In this document: in pieces, positions 1 to 9,013 of the stretch
Position numbering within the stretch: position 1 is the first letter of the stretch
Layout of the letters: each line of letters begins with the position of its first letter
NCBI GenBank assembly: GCA_963700105.1
Contig: CAVOWL010000004.1
Location: forward strand, 204,050 to 268,049
Reading direction: 5' to 3'
DNA: 64,000 nucleotides
Source of the DNA: an uncultured Solirubrobacterales bacterium
Lineage (GTDB): Bacteria; Actinomycetota; Thermoleophilia; Solirubrobacterales; 70-9
Made by a program: the position numbers and the translations under genes
The notes under the pieces: generated by a model
What the model was told of the DNA's origin: nothing
The model's database searches: none
What the model saw: the letters and a program-made list of their open reading frames with translations, nothing else

Positions 1-169
1 CCGCGGCGAGGCGAGAGGCAAAAACCGTGGCGCAGGGATCGATCCTCTCCACGGCAATAGTCGCGCTCACAACGGCGCGGCGTTGGCCCTCACCCACCCG
101 CGCTAATGCCTCCCCCACGAGGGACAGAACCTCGCCGGATTCGACCAACCCCCTCAAACTGCGCTCGCC

Positions 170-715
170 CTACTCGCCGCCGCGGGCGATCGCTATCTCG
201 CCGGTGCGGACCATCTCGATCAGGCCGTGGGGGCGAATCATCCGCTCGAAGGCCTCAATCTTGTCGGCCGAACCGGTCACCTCGACCGTCATCGTGCGCC
301 GTGATACGTCGACGATCTTGGCTCTGAATATCTCGGCAAACTGGATGATCTCGGCGCGGTTCTCGATCGCCGAGGAGACTTTGAACATTGCCATCTCGCG
401 CGCCACCGTCTCGGCCGGCTCCATGTCACGGATTTTCAAGACGTTGATCAGCTTGTGCAGCTGCTTGGTGACTTGATCAATCGGATGCACGGCACCGTCG
501 AGGGTCAACGTCACCCGCGAGATATTTGGGTCATCGGTTGGGCCCACTGCGAGGGTGTCGATATTGAAACCGCGCCTGGCAAAGAGCCCGGCAATTCGAG
601 CCAAAACGCCAGGCTTATTCTCGACCAGGATCGAGAGGATGTGCTTTCGCCCGCTCAACTGGCCGGGGACACGGAGGTCCTCGAGCCTGACCAACTCCGG
701 AGTACCGGCCTCCAT
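170..715 (-). CDS. ilvN: acetolactate synthase small (regulatory) subunit
   Basis: 181-aa ORF. The ACT-domain N-terminus (HILSILVENKPGVLARIAGLFARRGFNIDTLAVG) is typical of IlvN/IlvH. ATGA start/stop overlap with ilvB at 715. Confidence 0.9.
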   Translation of the reverse strand: MEAGTPELVRLEDLRVPGQLSGRKHILSILVENKPGVLARIAGLFARRGFNIDTLAVGPTDDPNISRVTLTLDGAVHPIDQVTKQLHKLINVLKIRDMEPAETVAREMAMFKVSSAIENRAEIIQFAEIFRAKIVDVSRRTMTVEVTGSADKIEAFERMIRPHGLIEMVRTGEIAIARGGE

Positions 716-2394
716 CAGCCCACCATGTCCCTTGCCGCCGCGCCGGCGGGAATCATCGGGAAGCAGTTCTCCTCAGGCGAGACGCGAACGTCGAGCAGCA
801 CCGGGCCATCGGTCCCCAGGGCAGCGACCATCATCTCCTCGAGCTCGGCGGCATCCTCGCAGCGCATTCCGGTCGCTCCGAATGCCTCCGCCAGCTTCAC
901 CCAGTCGGGACTGGCACCCATCTTCACCGCGCTGTAGCGATGGTCCCAAAACAGCTCCTGCCATTGGCGCACCATGCCCATGTAGCCGTTGTTCATCAAA
1001 AAAACCTTGACCGGGATCTCCTCGGTGACGCAGGTCGCCAGCTCTTGGCAGTTCATGATCAGACTGCCGTCCCCGGCAAGGCAGACGACCACCTCATCGG
1101 GGCAGGCGACCTTGGCGCCAACCGCCGCCGGCAACCCAAACCCCATCGTGCCAAGCCCGCCCGAATTGATCCAGCGCCGCGGTTTCTCAAAGCCGTAGTA
1201 CTGCGCCGCCCACATCTGATGCTGGCCGACGTCGGAGGTGATAATCGCTTCGCCTTGGGTCGCCCGGTGCATCGCCTCGATCATGAACTGCGGTTTGATC
1301 TCGCCGTCTTTGCCGGGCTCATAGTGAAGCGGATACTCCTCCCGCCAGGCCTCAATCTGCTTCCACCAGGGATCCACCCGCGAAGGGTCGGTCTGCAGGG
1401 CCAGGTACTCGCGGGTCAGCTTCGGCAGCACCTGCTTGAGGTCGCCGACTATCGGGATGTGCGCCGGAACGTTCTTTGAGATCTCGGCGGGATCGATATC
1501 GATGTGGATGAACTTGGCGTGCGGGGCGAACTCTGAGAGCTTGCCGGTGATCCGGTCATCAAATCGGGCACCGATCGCGACGATCAGGTCGGCCTCATCC
1601 ATCGCGTAGTTGGCCGCCCGCGTTCCGTGCATTCCCAGCATTCCGAGCCACTGCTCGTGGGAGGCGGGAAAGGCGCCCAAGCCCATCACGGTCGAGGTGA
1701 CCGGGAATCGCTCCGCGGCGGCCAGCTCGCGCAGCTCCTCGGAGGCGTTGGCGTTGATCACCCCGCCACCGGTATAGAAGACCGGACGCCGGGCGTTGCC
1801 AAGCGCCTTCGCGGCAATTCGGATCTGTTTGATATTGCCCTCGGTCGAGGGCCTATAACCGGGAAGATCAACCGACTCGCCGCGAGGCTCGTACTCGATC
1901 TCAGCGCGCGAGAGATCCTGGGGGATGTCCAATAGCACCGGTCCGGGTCGACCGGTCGAGGCAATGTGAAACGCCTCGTGCACGTAGTCGGGAATCTGGC
2001 GCGGGTCGGTGACCTGGAAGGAATGCTTGACGAAGGGAAGCGTCGCGCCGAGGATGTCGGCCTCCTGAAAACCATCGGTTCCGATCAACTCAGTTCGAAC
2101 CTGGCCGGTCACGAACACGGTCGGCACCGAGTCCATCATTGCGTCGGCGATCGCGGTGACAAGATTCGTCGCGCCGGGGCCCGACGTCGCAAATGCCACG
2201 CCGACCCGACCCGACGCCTTGGCATACCCCTCGGCGGCGTGCCCACCGCCCTGCTCGTGGCGCACCTGAATATGGCGAAAATCGGCATCCACAAGCGCGT
2301 CATAGGTCGGTAGGTTGGCGCCTCCGGGGATCCCGAAGATGTGCTCGACGCCCTCGGCCTTGAGCGATTGCATTAGCGCGTCCGCGGCTCTCAT
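715..2394 (-). CDS. ilvB: acetolactate synthase large (catalytic) subunit
   Basis: 559-aa ORF with ThDP-enzyme motifs [40 protein letters not shown] and [15 protein letters not shown] at 2394. Confidence 0.95.
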   Translation of the reverse strand: MRAADALMQSLKAEGVEHIFGIPGGANLPTYDALVDADFRHIQVRHEQGGGHAAEGYAKASGRVGVAFATSGPGATNLVTAIADAMMDSVPTVFVTGQVRTELIGTDGFQEADILGATLPFVKHSFQVTDPRQIPDYVHEAFHIASTGRPGPVLLDIPQDLSRAEIEYEPRGESVDLPGYRPSTEGNIKQIRIAAKALGNARRPVFYTGGGVINANASEELRELAAAERFPVTSTVMGLGAFPASHEQWLGMLGMHGTRAANYAMDEADLIVAIGARFDDRITGKLSEFAPHAKFIHIDIDPAEISKNVPAHIPIVGDLKQVLPKLTREYLALQTDPSRVDPWWKQIEAWREEYPLHYEPGKDGEIKPQFMIEAMHRATQGEAIITSDVGQHQMWAAQYYGFEKPRRWINSGGLGTMGFGLPAAVGAKVACPDEVVVCLAGDGSLIMNCQELATCVTEEIPVKVFLMNNGYMGMVRQWQELFWDHRYSAVKMGASPDWVKLAEAFGATGMRCEDAAELEEMMVAALGTDGPVLLDVRVSPEENCFPMIPAGAAARDMVG

Positions 2395-2418
2395 CGGACA
2401 CGCGATGCTAGCAGCGCG

Positions 2419-3594
2419 CTATGCCTGCCCAGCAGGGGATTTCGCTGGGTTCCAGCGGGTGTGCGGATCTATGGAGCTGGGAATCACCCGCTCCTTGTAC
2501 CTCTCGATCGAGTGGATCATCGACTCGACCAACTCCTCCCCGAGCAATGTCGGCTCCAGACCAAGGTCGATCAACTTGGTATGGACCGCGTTGTAGTAGT
2601 GCTCTTCAAGCTCAACCCGCGGGTTATCGCAGTGCTCAACCTCGACCGTGTAGCCCAGGTGCTGGGCCGCCGCCCTGACCAGCTCGGCCAGCTGAGCGAC
2701 GGAAAATTGCTCGGTGAATTGATTAAAGACGCGGAATTCGCCGCGCCCGGCCGGGTTTTCGACCGCCAGCTCCACGCAGCGCAGGGTGTCGCGGATGTTG
2801 AGGAAGCCCCGCGTCTGCCCGCCGCTGCCGTAGACGCTGAGCGGATGACCGATCACCGCCTGCACACAGAAGCGGTTGAGCACGGTGCCGAATATCTCGT
2901 CATAGTCAAACCGCGTTATCAGCCGCTCATCCGCGGCCGCCTCCTCGGTCTCTATCCCGTAGACCACGCCCTGATTAAGGTCGGTCGCCCGCAGGCCCCA
3001 GACCCGACAGGCGAAGTGCAGGTTGGTTGAGTCGTGGACCTTGGAGCAGTGATAAAGCGAGCCCGGCAGCTTGGGGAAAGGCAGGGTGTCGGTCCTTCCC
3101 TTGTGCTCGATCTCGATGAATCCCTCCTCGATATCGATGTTGGGGGTGCCGTACTCGCCCATCGTCCCGAGCTTGACCAGATGGCAGTCGGGGGCATGAT
3201 CGCGCAGCGAGAAAAGCAGGTTGAGGGTGCCGATCACGTTCGTGTGTTGAGTCTCAACCGCGCGCTCGCGCGACATCATCGAGTAGGGCGCCGAGGGCTG
3301 CTCGCCGTAATGGACGACGGCCTCAGGGCGCAGCTCCGCGACCACCTCCTCGAGGAAGCTGCCGTCCTCAACCGCACCCTGGAAGCTGCGAATCTGTTTG
3401 CCGGAGATCTGGCGCCAGGCATCGATCCGCTCGCCCAGCTCGCGAATCGGAGTCAGCGAGGAGGACCCGTTTTCATGGTGCCAACGGCGGCGTGAGAAAT
3501 TGTCGAGGACCGCCACCTCGTGGCCGCGGGCCGAAAACCTCAGCGCCGTCGGCCAGCCCAGGTAGCCGTCGCCCCCAAGGATGAGAACGCGCAT
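2419..3594 (-). CDS. sqdB: UDP-sulfoquinovose synthase (SQD1/SqdB family SDR)
   Basis: ORF trimmed to ATG at 3594 (MRVLILGGDGYLGWPTA). Collinear with SQD1/SqdB blocks HYGEQPSAPYSM, HLVKLGTMGEYGTPNIDIEEG, RATDLNQGVVYG, GEFRVFNQFTEQFSV and NPRVELEEHYYNA. The upstream 52 codons of the track ORF are Arg/Pro-rich and unlikely to be coding. Confidence 0.85.
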   Translation of the reverse strand: MRVLILGGDGYLGWPTALRFSARGHEVAVLDNFSRRRWHHENGSSSLTPIRELGERIDAWRQISGKQIRSFQGAVEDGSFLEEVVAELRPEAVVHYGEQPSAPYSMMSRERAVETQHTNVIGTLNLLFSLRDHAPDCHLVKLGTMGEYGTPNIDIEEGFIEIEHKGRTDTLPFPKLPGSLYHCSKVHDSTNLHFACRVWGLRATDLNQGVVYGIETEEAAADERLITRFDYDEIFGTVLNRFCVQAVIGHPLSVYGSGGQTRGFLNIRDTLRCVELAVENPAGRGEFRVFNQFTEQFSVAQLAELVRAAAQHLGYTVEVEHCDNPRVELEEHYYNAVHTKLIDLGLEPTLLGEELVESMIHSIERYKERVIPSSIDPHTRWNPAKSPAGQA

Positions 3595-3638
3595 AGGCGC
3601 GGCAGGGTAGCGGACGAAGGCGACATAGCATCCACCAG

Positions 3639-5000
3639 ATGCGGGGACTGGCGGCAGGCAACGGCGGGCGGGCCTGCCTGGCGGCTCTGATCGCCGTCTT
3701 GCTCTTGGGCACCGGGCTGAGGCTCGATTACGCCTGGGAAGGTCGGGCACCGGTCTTTGACGCGGTCGCCTACGCCAAGATCGCCCGCAATCTAGACGAA
3801 GACCGCGGCTTCACCCTCGGCGCAGGCGCGACCCAGCCAGCCGATAACTACTCACCCGGACTACCCCTGCTCGTCGCGGCCATCTACAAGCTCAGCGGAG
3901 GGGTTCATGAACGCTTCGCTCGCCTCGTTCTGGCCTTGATCGGGTCGCTCTCGGTCCTCCTCACCTACCTGATCGGGCGCCGCCTATCGGGTCCCATCGC
4001 CGGGCTGATCGGAGCATTTGCGGTGGCGCTTTACCCCGCCATGCTCGAGTACCAGGGAATGCTGATGTCGGAGCCGCTGGCCGCGACCCTGCTCTCGGGC
4101 TCGGTCTTGGCGACGCTTTGGGCCACCCGGCAAAGGACCCTGCTCGCCTGGCTATTACCCGGCGCGCTCTGGGGAGCGACGGCAATGGTGCGGCCCGAGT
4201 ACCTGGCGGTCTCGATCGTCGTCTCCCTGGCTGTCTTTGCTCGAGGCGGCAGCGCGCACTGGCGCCGCTCGATGGCTCAGGCGCTCGCCCTTTTGGGTGC
4301 AATGGCCGTCGTGATCGCGCCCTGGACGATCCGAAACGCGGTCAGCCTCGGCCGCCTGGTCCCGATCTCAAACGGCGGCGGTCAGGTGCTCTTCTCCGGA
4401 ACCTACCTGCCCTCCGAAGGCGATCCTCAACGGGTCGGAGAAGCGCTCCTTAGACGTGACCCGGGCCTGCGGCGTGACCTCGCCGCCGAGTACCTTCCAC
4501 CCCGTTCGAGCCCCAGCCTGGCCGCGGTGCTGGCTCGGGTCAGACTCGAGCAGATCCTCGCCGCCTTCGCCGCTCAGCGCGAGCCGGGCGTGGAAAGCGA
4601 TCAGGCGCTCTCTCACCTGGGTCGCGAACAGCTCGAAAATGATATCGGTGAGGAGCCGCTCGAATACCTCGGCTTCCTCGCGACCAAGGTCGGTGCAATC
4701 TGGTCCCACGGCCCTCGCGAGGTGATGCGCAAGCCGCTTTGGGAGGGCCTGCACTGGGCGCTGGTGGCACTTGGCCTTCTGGGACTCGCGGTACTGGCGC
4801 TGCGACGCCGCTGGGAGGCCCTTCTCTTCGCTGCGATTCTTCTCACGATCACGGCGATCAGCGCCCTCTTGGTCGCTTCTCCCCGGCGGGTGCTGGTGAT
4901 GGTTCCGCTGATTGGAGCGCTGGCGGGGGTCGGCGCCTCCTATCTTTGGGCACTGCTTCGACGCCATCGAGATGGGCACCCGGATGCCGGGATAGCCTGA
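3639..5000 (+). CDS. polytopic GT-C glycosyltransferase, GT39/ArnT-PMT-like (paralog 1)
   Basis: 453-aa ORF with many hydrophobic helices. It has the first-loop acidic motif (DAVAYAKIARNLDEDRGF) and the blocks MSEPLAATLL, RPEYLAV and PWTIRNAVSLGRLVPISNGGG, which are shared with the next gene. Confidence 0.75.
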   Translation: MRGLAAGNGGRACLAALIAVLLLGTGLRLDYAWEGRAPVFDAVAYAKIARNLDEDRGFTLGAGATQPADNYSPGLPLLVAAIYKLSGGVHERFARLVLALIGSLSVLLTYLIGRRLSGPIAGLIGAFAVALYPAMLEYQGMLMSEPLAATLLSGSVLATLWATRQRTLLAWLLPGALWGATAMVRPEYLAVSIVVSLAVFARGGSAHWRRSMAQALALLGAMAVVIAPWTIRNAVSLGRLVPISNGGGQVLFSGTYLPSEGDPQRVGEALLRRDPGLRRDLAAEYLPPRSSPSLAAVLARVRLEQILAAFAAQREPGVESDQALSHLGREQLENDIGEEPLEYLGFLATKVGAIWSHGPREVMRKPLWEGLHWALVALGLLGLAVLALRRRWEALLFAAILLTITAISALLVASPRRVLVMVPLIGALAGVGASYLWALLRRHRDGHPDAGIA

Positions 5001-5006
5001 GCGCCA

Positions 5007-6359
5007 ATGAGCGGGCCGATTTGGCGCTGGATTCGAGCTCTGCCGCAAAGTCGCGGTCGCGGCACCCTGCTTTGCCTCGGGTTGATCGCGATCCTCGGCC
5101 TCGGGCTTCGCTCCTACCGAGTCGTGGAGCCATTGGAAACGCCCAGCGCAGACTCCCATGCCTACTACGCCCTCTCCAAGGCGCTCTACGTGCAAGGAAG
5201 CTACGGGGGGCCCGAATTTCACAACTCAAGTGACTGGTCACCCGGGGCGCCGCTTCTGTACGCGGCGGCCTTCTACGCGACCGGCGGTGCTCGCGAAGGC
5301 ACCGCCCGCATCATCGAGGCCCTGCTCGGGGTGGCCTCGATCGTCGCGGTTTTTTTCCTCGGCGAGCGTCTCGGCGGCCGCCGCGCCGGGTTGATCGCAG
5401 CCCTGGGGGTCGCTGTTTATCCGCCCTTCATCCACACCACCGGTGAGCTGATGAGCGAGCCGCCCGCGATTCTCACCCTTCCTCTTGCGGTTTTGGCCTT
5501 CCTCTGGGCAAGCGATCGGCGCAGCCTCTGGGCATGGCTTCTACCCGGCCTGCTGTTTGGCCTGACCTCGCTGATTCGCCCCGATTACCTGCCCGTTGCG
5601 ATCGTCTTCTTGCTGCTCGCTGCGATCCGTGTCGCCGGCCAGCGCGGTTGGAAGCCGGGGCTAGCGGGCGCCGCGATCTTCCTGCTCGCATTCCTGGTCC
5701 CGGTGCTTCCCTGGACGATCCGCAATCTGGTCGTCCTCGAACGATTCGTTCCGATCTCCACCGGCGATGGCAAGGCCCTTTACGTGGGGACATTCCTGCC
5801 GGCCAATGGCGAATACCAACAGGTAAAGGCACTGCTGGCGAAGCGATACCTGCACCGCGACCTAGCGCCTAACTCGGCGGCCTTGGCCCGCGTTAACCCG
5901 ACTCCGCTGTTTAACCGGGTTGCCGCGCGCTACCCCCAGCTGCCCCGAGATTCGGCTCTGGGCAAGATCGCCAAGCAGAACTTCTCCAAGTACTTCGGAG
6001 AAAATCCCGGCGCCTACCTCGCGATGACCCTGCGCAAGGTGGCGAGTATCTGGAGCAGCGGCCCCGGTGAGGCGATGGGGAGCAGCGCCGGGCGCATCTT
6101 GCAGCTGCTGATCGTTGCCCTTGGGCTCGGCGGCCTCGGGCTTCTGGGCTACAGCAGACGGTGGTGGGAGCTGATCGTGATGTCGACACCGATCCTGATC
6201 ATCACCGCGGTGGGAGCGGTATCTCTGGCCTCCAATCGCCGCGGCGAGATCCTGATGGCGCTGGTGTTTCCGCTCGCCGCAGCGGCCCTTTGTTGGGGTG
6301 CTGCGGCCCTATTGTCTGACCGCAAATGGCCGAGGCGAGCATCTTCCCCACCGAACTGA
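5007..6359 (+). CDS. polytopic GT-C glycosyltransferase, GT39/ArnT-PMT-like (paralog 2)
   Basis: 450-aa ORF starting 6 nt after paralog 1. Shared blocks are MSEPPAILTL, RPDYLPV and PWTIRNLVVLERFVPISTGDG. Same polytopic layout. Confidence 0.75.
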   Translation: MSGPIWRWIRALPQSRGRGTLLCLGLIAILGLGLRSYRVVEPLETPSADSHAYYALSKALYVQGSYGGPEFHNSSDWSPGAPLLYAAAFYATGGAREGTARIIEALLGVASIVAVFFLGERLGGRRAGLIAALGVAVYPPFIHTTGELMSEPPAILTLPLAVLAFLWASDRRSLWAWLLPGLLFGLTSLIRPDYLPVAIVFLLLAAIRVAGQRGWKPGLAGAAIFLLAFLVPVLPWTIRNLVVLERFVPISTGDGKALYVGTFLPANGEYQQVKALLAKRYLHRDLAPNSAALARVNPTPLFNRVAARYPQLPRDSALGKIAKQNFSKYFGENPGAYLAMTLRKVASIWSSGPGEAMGSSAGRILQLLIVALGLGGLGLLGYSRRWWELIVMSTPILIITAVGAVSLASNRRGEILMALVFPLAAAALCWGAAALLSDRKWPRRASSPPN

Positions 6360-7390
6360 CCGCGCTGCGCAGCGCCGGGCTGCTGGTCGCGCTCGCGATC
6401 CTCGCCTACGCGCTGTTGCGCCGCGATTCCCTGCGCAACGTCGACGTTTTGATCCTCCTGGCAGCCGGGCTTGGACTGGCGGTTGTCTCGGGCACCGAAA
6501 TTACCGACAAGCTGCTCTCGGCCTTCTCCTTCGAAAAAGGAAACGGTGGCCGCATCCTCGGCCTCGCGGTCTTTGCGATCTTCGTCCTCTTTTTGCTAAT
6601 CCTTCGGGCCCTCTCCCAGGCAGCACGCAACTCGCGCCAGCTCTCGGCCGTTCTCGAGGCCCTCGCCTGGGAGGAATTCCGCCAGGCGGCGCTGCCAAGT
6701 CGCTTTGCCGGGAAAATCGCCGTCCTGATCCCCGCCTACAACGAGGCCGAGAGCATCGGCGAGGTCTTGGCCGGAATCCCGGAGCAGGTCTGCGGTGTGG
6801 GAACCGCCGTCTTGGTCGTCGACGACGGCTCGCGCGATGGCACCGGGGAGGTCGCCGCCGCCCACGGAGCGATCGTTGCCCACCACCTGATCAACCGCGG
6901 CGGCGGCGCCGCTTTGCGCACGGGCTATCGCCTCATGGTTGAGTCCGGTGCCGAGATTGTCGTCACCCTTGACGCCGACGGCCAGCATCTGCCTTCCGAG
7001 ATGGAGCGCCTGGTCAAACCCGTCCTCGACGGGGAGGTCGACGTCGCCCACGGCTCCCGCGTGCTCGGTCGCGCCGATCGCAACCACCTGGCCCGCGAGC
7101 TCGGCATTGTCTTCTTCAACCGCCTCGTCTCGCTGATCACCCGAACCCACGTCACCGATTGTTCCAATGGTTACCGCGCCGTGCGCGCCACCGTGCTGCC
7201 CCTACTGGTGCTCCGACAGGAGCAGTTTCACACCTCGGAGTTCATGATCGAGGCGATCAAGCGCGGCATTCCGGCCAAGGAGGTCCCGATCACCGTCGAA
7301 CGCCGAATCCACGGGCACTCCAAGAAGCCCGCCGTCGTCCGCTACGGGCTCGGTTTCGCGAACGCGATCGTCAGAACCTGGCTGCGCTGA
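6326..7390 (+). CDS. family 2 glycosyltransferase (Dpm1/ArnC-like) with N-terminal membrane module
   Basis: 354-aa ORF. The GT-A core has IAVLIPAYNEAESI, VLVVDDGSRDGT and VVTLDADGQH. About 110 aa with three hydrophobic helices precede it. It overlaps the previous gene by 34 nt. Confidence 0.8.
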   Translation: MAEASIFPTELTALRSAGLLVALAILAYALLRRDSLRNVDVLILLAAGLGLAVVSGTEITDKLLSAFSFEKGNGGRILGLAVFAIFVLFLLILRALSQAARNSRQLSAVLEALAWEEFRQAALPSRFAGKIAVLIPAYNEAESIGEVLAGIPEQVCGVGTAVLVVDDGSRDGTGEVAAAHGAIVAHHLINRGGGAALRTGYRLMVESGAEIVVTLDADGQHLPSEMERLVKPVLDGEVDVAHGSRVLGRADRNHLARELGIVFFNRLVSLITRTHVTDCSNGYRAVRATVLPLLVLRQEQFHTSEFMIEAIKRGIPAKEVPITVERRIHGHSKKPAVVRYGLGFANAIVRTWLR

Positions 7391-7396
7391 GAGAGG

Positions 7397-7681
7397 CTAT
7401 TCGGCTCGCGGCCGCCTCACCTCGGCAGGGTCGGGAAGGTAGAGATCGGTGCCGCAGCGAGGACAGACCTGAACGTAGACCTTGACGGCCTTGTGACAGG
7501 TCGGGCACTGCCGTTCGGGTTCGAGCTTCTCGGAGCGATAGAGGAAGACGGCAATCAGACCGAGGATCGGCAGGACGCCGCCGATCACCAGCCAAAGCCA
7601 AAAGGAGCTCCCCTTGCCCTTGCCGATGATTGCCGTGATGAGGCCGAAGAAAAAGGCGATGATCGGATACTCAAAGCCCAC
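7397..7681 (-). CDS. small membrane protein with C-terminal zinc ribbon
   Basis: Track ORF trimmed to the GTG at 7681, because the longer form would overlap ndh. It has two hydrophobic helices, then CPTC-x10-CPRC. Start uncertain. Confidence 0.5.
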   Translation of the reverse strand: MGFEYPIIAFFFGLITAIIGKGKGSSFWLWLVIGGVLPILGLIAVFLYRSEKLEPERQCPTCHKAVKVYVQVCPRCGTDLYLPDPAEVRRPRAE

Positions 7682-7688
7682 GATCGAC

Positions 7689-8960
7689 CTATTGCAGCGG
7701 TTTCGGATGCCCGATCGAGCCGAGCTCGGAGATGTCACGTCGAAACGGCAGACTTGCCGTCCAGTCAGCCACGGCTCTGGCCTTGCGGGCGGCACCGGGA
7801 ATCTGGCTCATGTGGTAGGTCCGAGCGAGCCACCAGGCAGGGAAGCCGCGGAAGGTGCGCTCGCCGATCTTGCCGACCGCCTTGTAGCGGCCGAGGTTGA
7901 CGAAGGAGGCGTTGCTTCGGTAGTCAAAGGGCCGCGGCGAGCCTATCCCCAGCTCAGCGGCAATGTTTGCGGCCGCAACAGGGCCCTGGCGCACGGCATG
8001 TTGAGCGGTTGGGGGGCAGCTGCCACCGCGCGGGTCGGGGGCCGCGGCGCAATCGCCAATCGCCCACACGGAGTCCATGCCCTGGACCCGCAGGTATCGA
8101 TCGACTGGAACCCGACCGCTTGGATCAAGCGGGAGATCGAGGGCTCGGAGGCTTGGATTGGCGCTGACTCCAGCCGTCCAAACGACGGTACGGGTTGCCA
8201 GCGTCTCCCCGCTCGAGAGCACGGCGCTCTCCGCGTCAACCCGATCAAGCGTCGTTTCGAGCCGAATGTCGATACCGCGTCCGCGAAGCTCACCCAGCGC
8301 ATAGGTGGCTAGCTGAGGATCGATCTCGGGTAGGACCCGATCCGATGCCTCGACCAGGACCCAGCGCATTCCGTGCAGGCGGGCGCGGGGGTAGCCCTCG
8401 ATGGCGTCGGCAGCGAAGTCCTGGAGCTCTGCAAGCGCCTCGAGGCCGGCGTAGCCCCCGCCGACGAAGACGTAGCTGAGGAGCTGGTCGCGACGGGCGG
8501 GATCATCGGTCGCATTTGCTTCCTCGAGGGTCTCGACCACGTGGTTTCGAAGCCAGATCGCGTCGGCGAGGCTCTTAAAGCCAACCGCGTGCTCGGCCAG
8601 GCCCGGGACCGGGAGCACCCTCGAAACTGAACCGACCGCCAGCAGCAACTGGTCATAGGGAAGGGTCTCTACCTGGCCGTATTTTGAGCGGATCGACACG
8701 GTGCGAGCGAGCGGATCGTGGGCAAAGACCGCGCCGAGGCGCAGGTAGGTCCGCTTGAGGATTTCTCGCAACGGCGTGACCACGTGGCGAGGCTCCAGGG
8801 TGCCCGCCGCCGCCTCGGGCAAAAACGGCGTGTAGAGCATGAAGTTTGCCTCATTCACCAAGACCAGCCGCGCCGATTGGCGGGGCATCAGCCGCTCCAG
8901 TTCGCGAGCCGCCATCGCTCCCCCAAATCCACCTCCGGCGATTACGACGTTCCAGGCCAT
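7689..8960 (-). CDS. ndh: type II NADH dehydrogenase (NDH-2)
   Basis: 423-aa ORF. Motifs are the FAD site VVIAGGGFGGAMAAREL, a second dinucleotide site VFVGGGYAGLE, and VWAIGDCAA. Confidence 0.9.
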   Translation of the reverse strand: MAWNVVIAGGGFGGAMAARELERLMPRQSARLVLVNEANFMLYTPFLPEAAAGTLEPRHVVTPLREILKRTYLRLGAVFAHDPLARTVSIRSKYGQVETLPYDQLLLAVGSVSRVLPVPGLAEHAVGFKSLADAIWLRNHVVETLEEANATDDPARRDQLLSYVFVGGGYAGLEALAELQDFAADAIEGYPRARLHGMRWVLVEASDRVLPEIDPQLATYALGELRGRGIDIRLETTLDRVDAESAVLSSGETLATRTVVWTAGVSANPSLRALDLPLDPSGRVPVDRYLRVQGMDSVWAIGDCAAAPDPRGGSCPPTAQHAVRQGPVAAANIAAELGIGSPRPFDYRSNASFVNLGRYKAVGKIGERTFRGFPAWWLARTYHMSQIPGAARKARAVADWTASLPFRRDISELGSIGHPKPLQ

Positions 8961-8972
8961 CGGTCCAAGTTA

Positions 8973-9001
8973 GCACTTTGTAACAGTGTGTTACAAAGTG
9001 C
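8973..9001. promoter_or_regulatory. perfect 13-bp inverted repeat (GCACTTTGTAACA gtg TGTTACAAAGTGC) between the gatB stop and the ndh start
   Basis: Read directly from the sequence. It is AT-rich relative to its surroundings. It ends 12 nt upstream of the ndh ATG and begins 12 nt after the gatB stop. It could be an operator and/or a terminator hairpin. Confidence 0.6.
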
Positions 9002-9013
9002 CGCCTGCCGCTG

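Noticed and set aside
1-157. Possible partial minus-strand gene downstream of ilvN, running off the window (TTG at 157; LVESGEVLSLVGEALARVGEGQRRAVVSATIAVERIDPCATVF)
   Set aside because: Only about 52 codons are visible, and the opposite strand is equally open. The expected neighbour, ilvC, does not match. The faint resemblance to the N-terminus of a chorismate-utilising enzyme is too weak to report as a feature.
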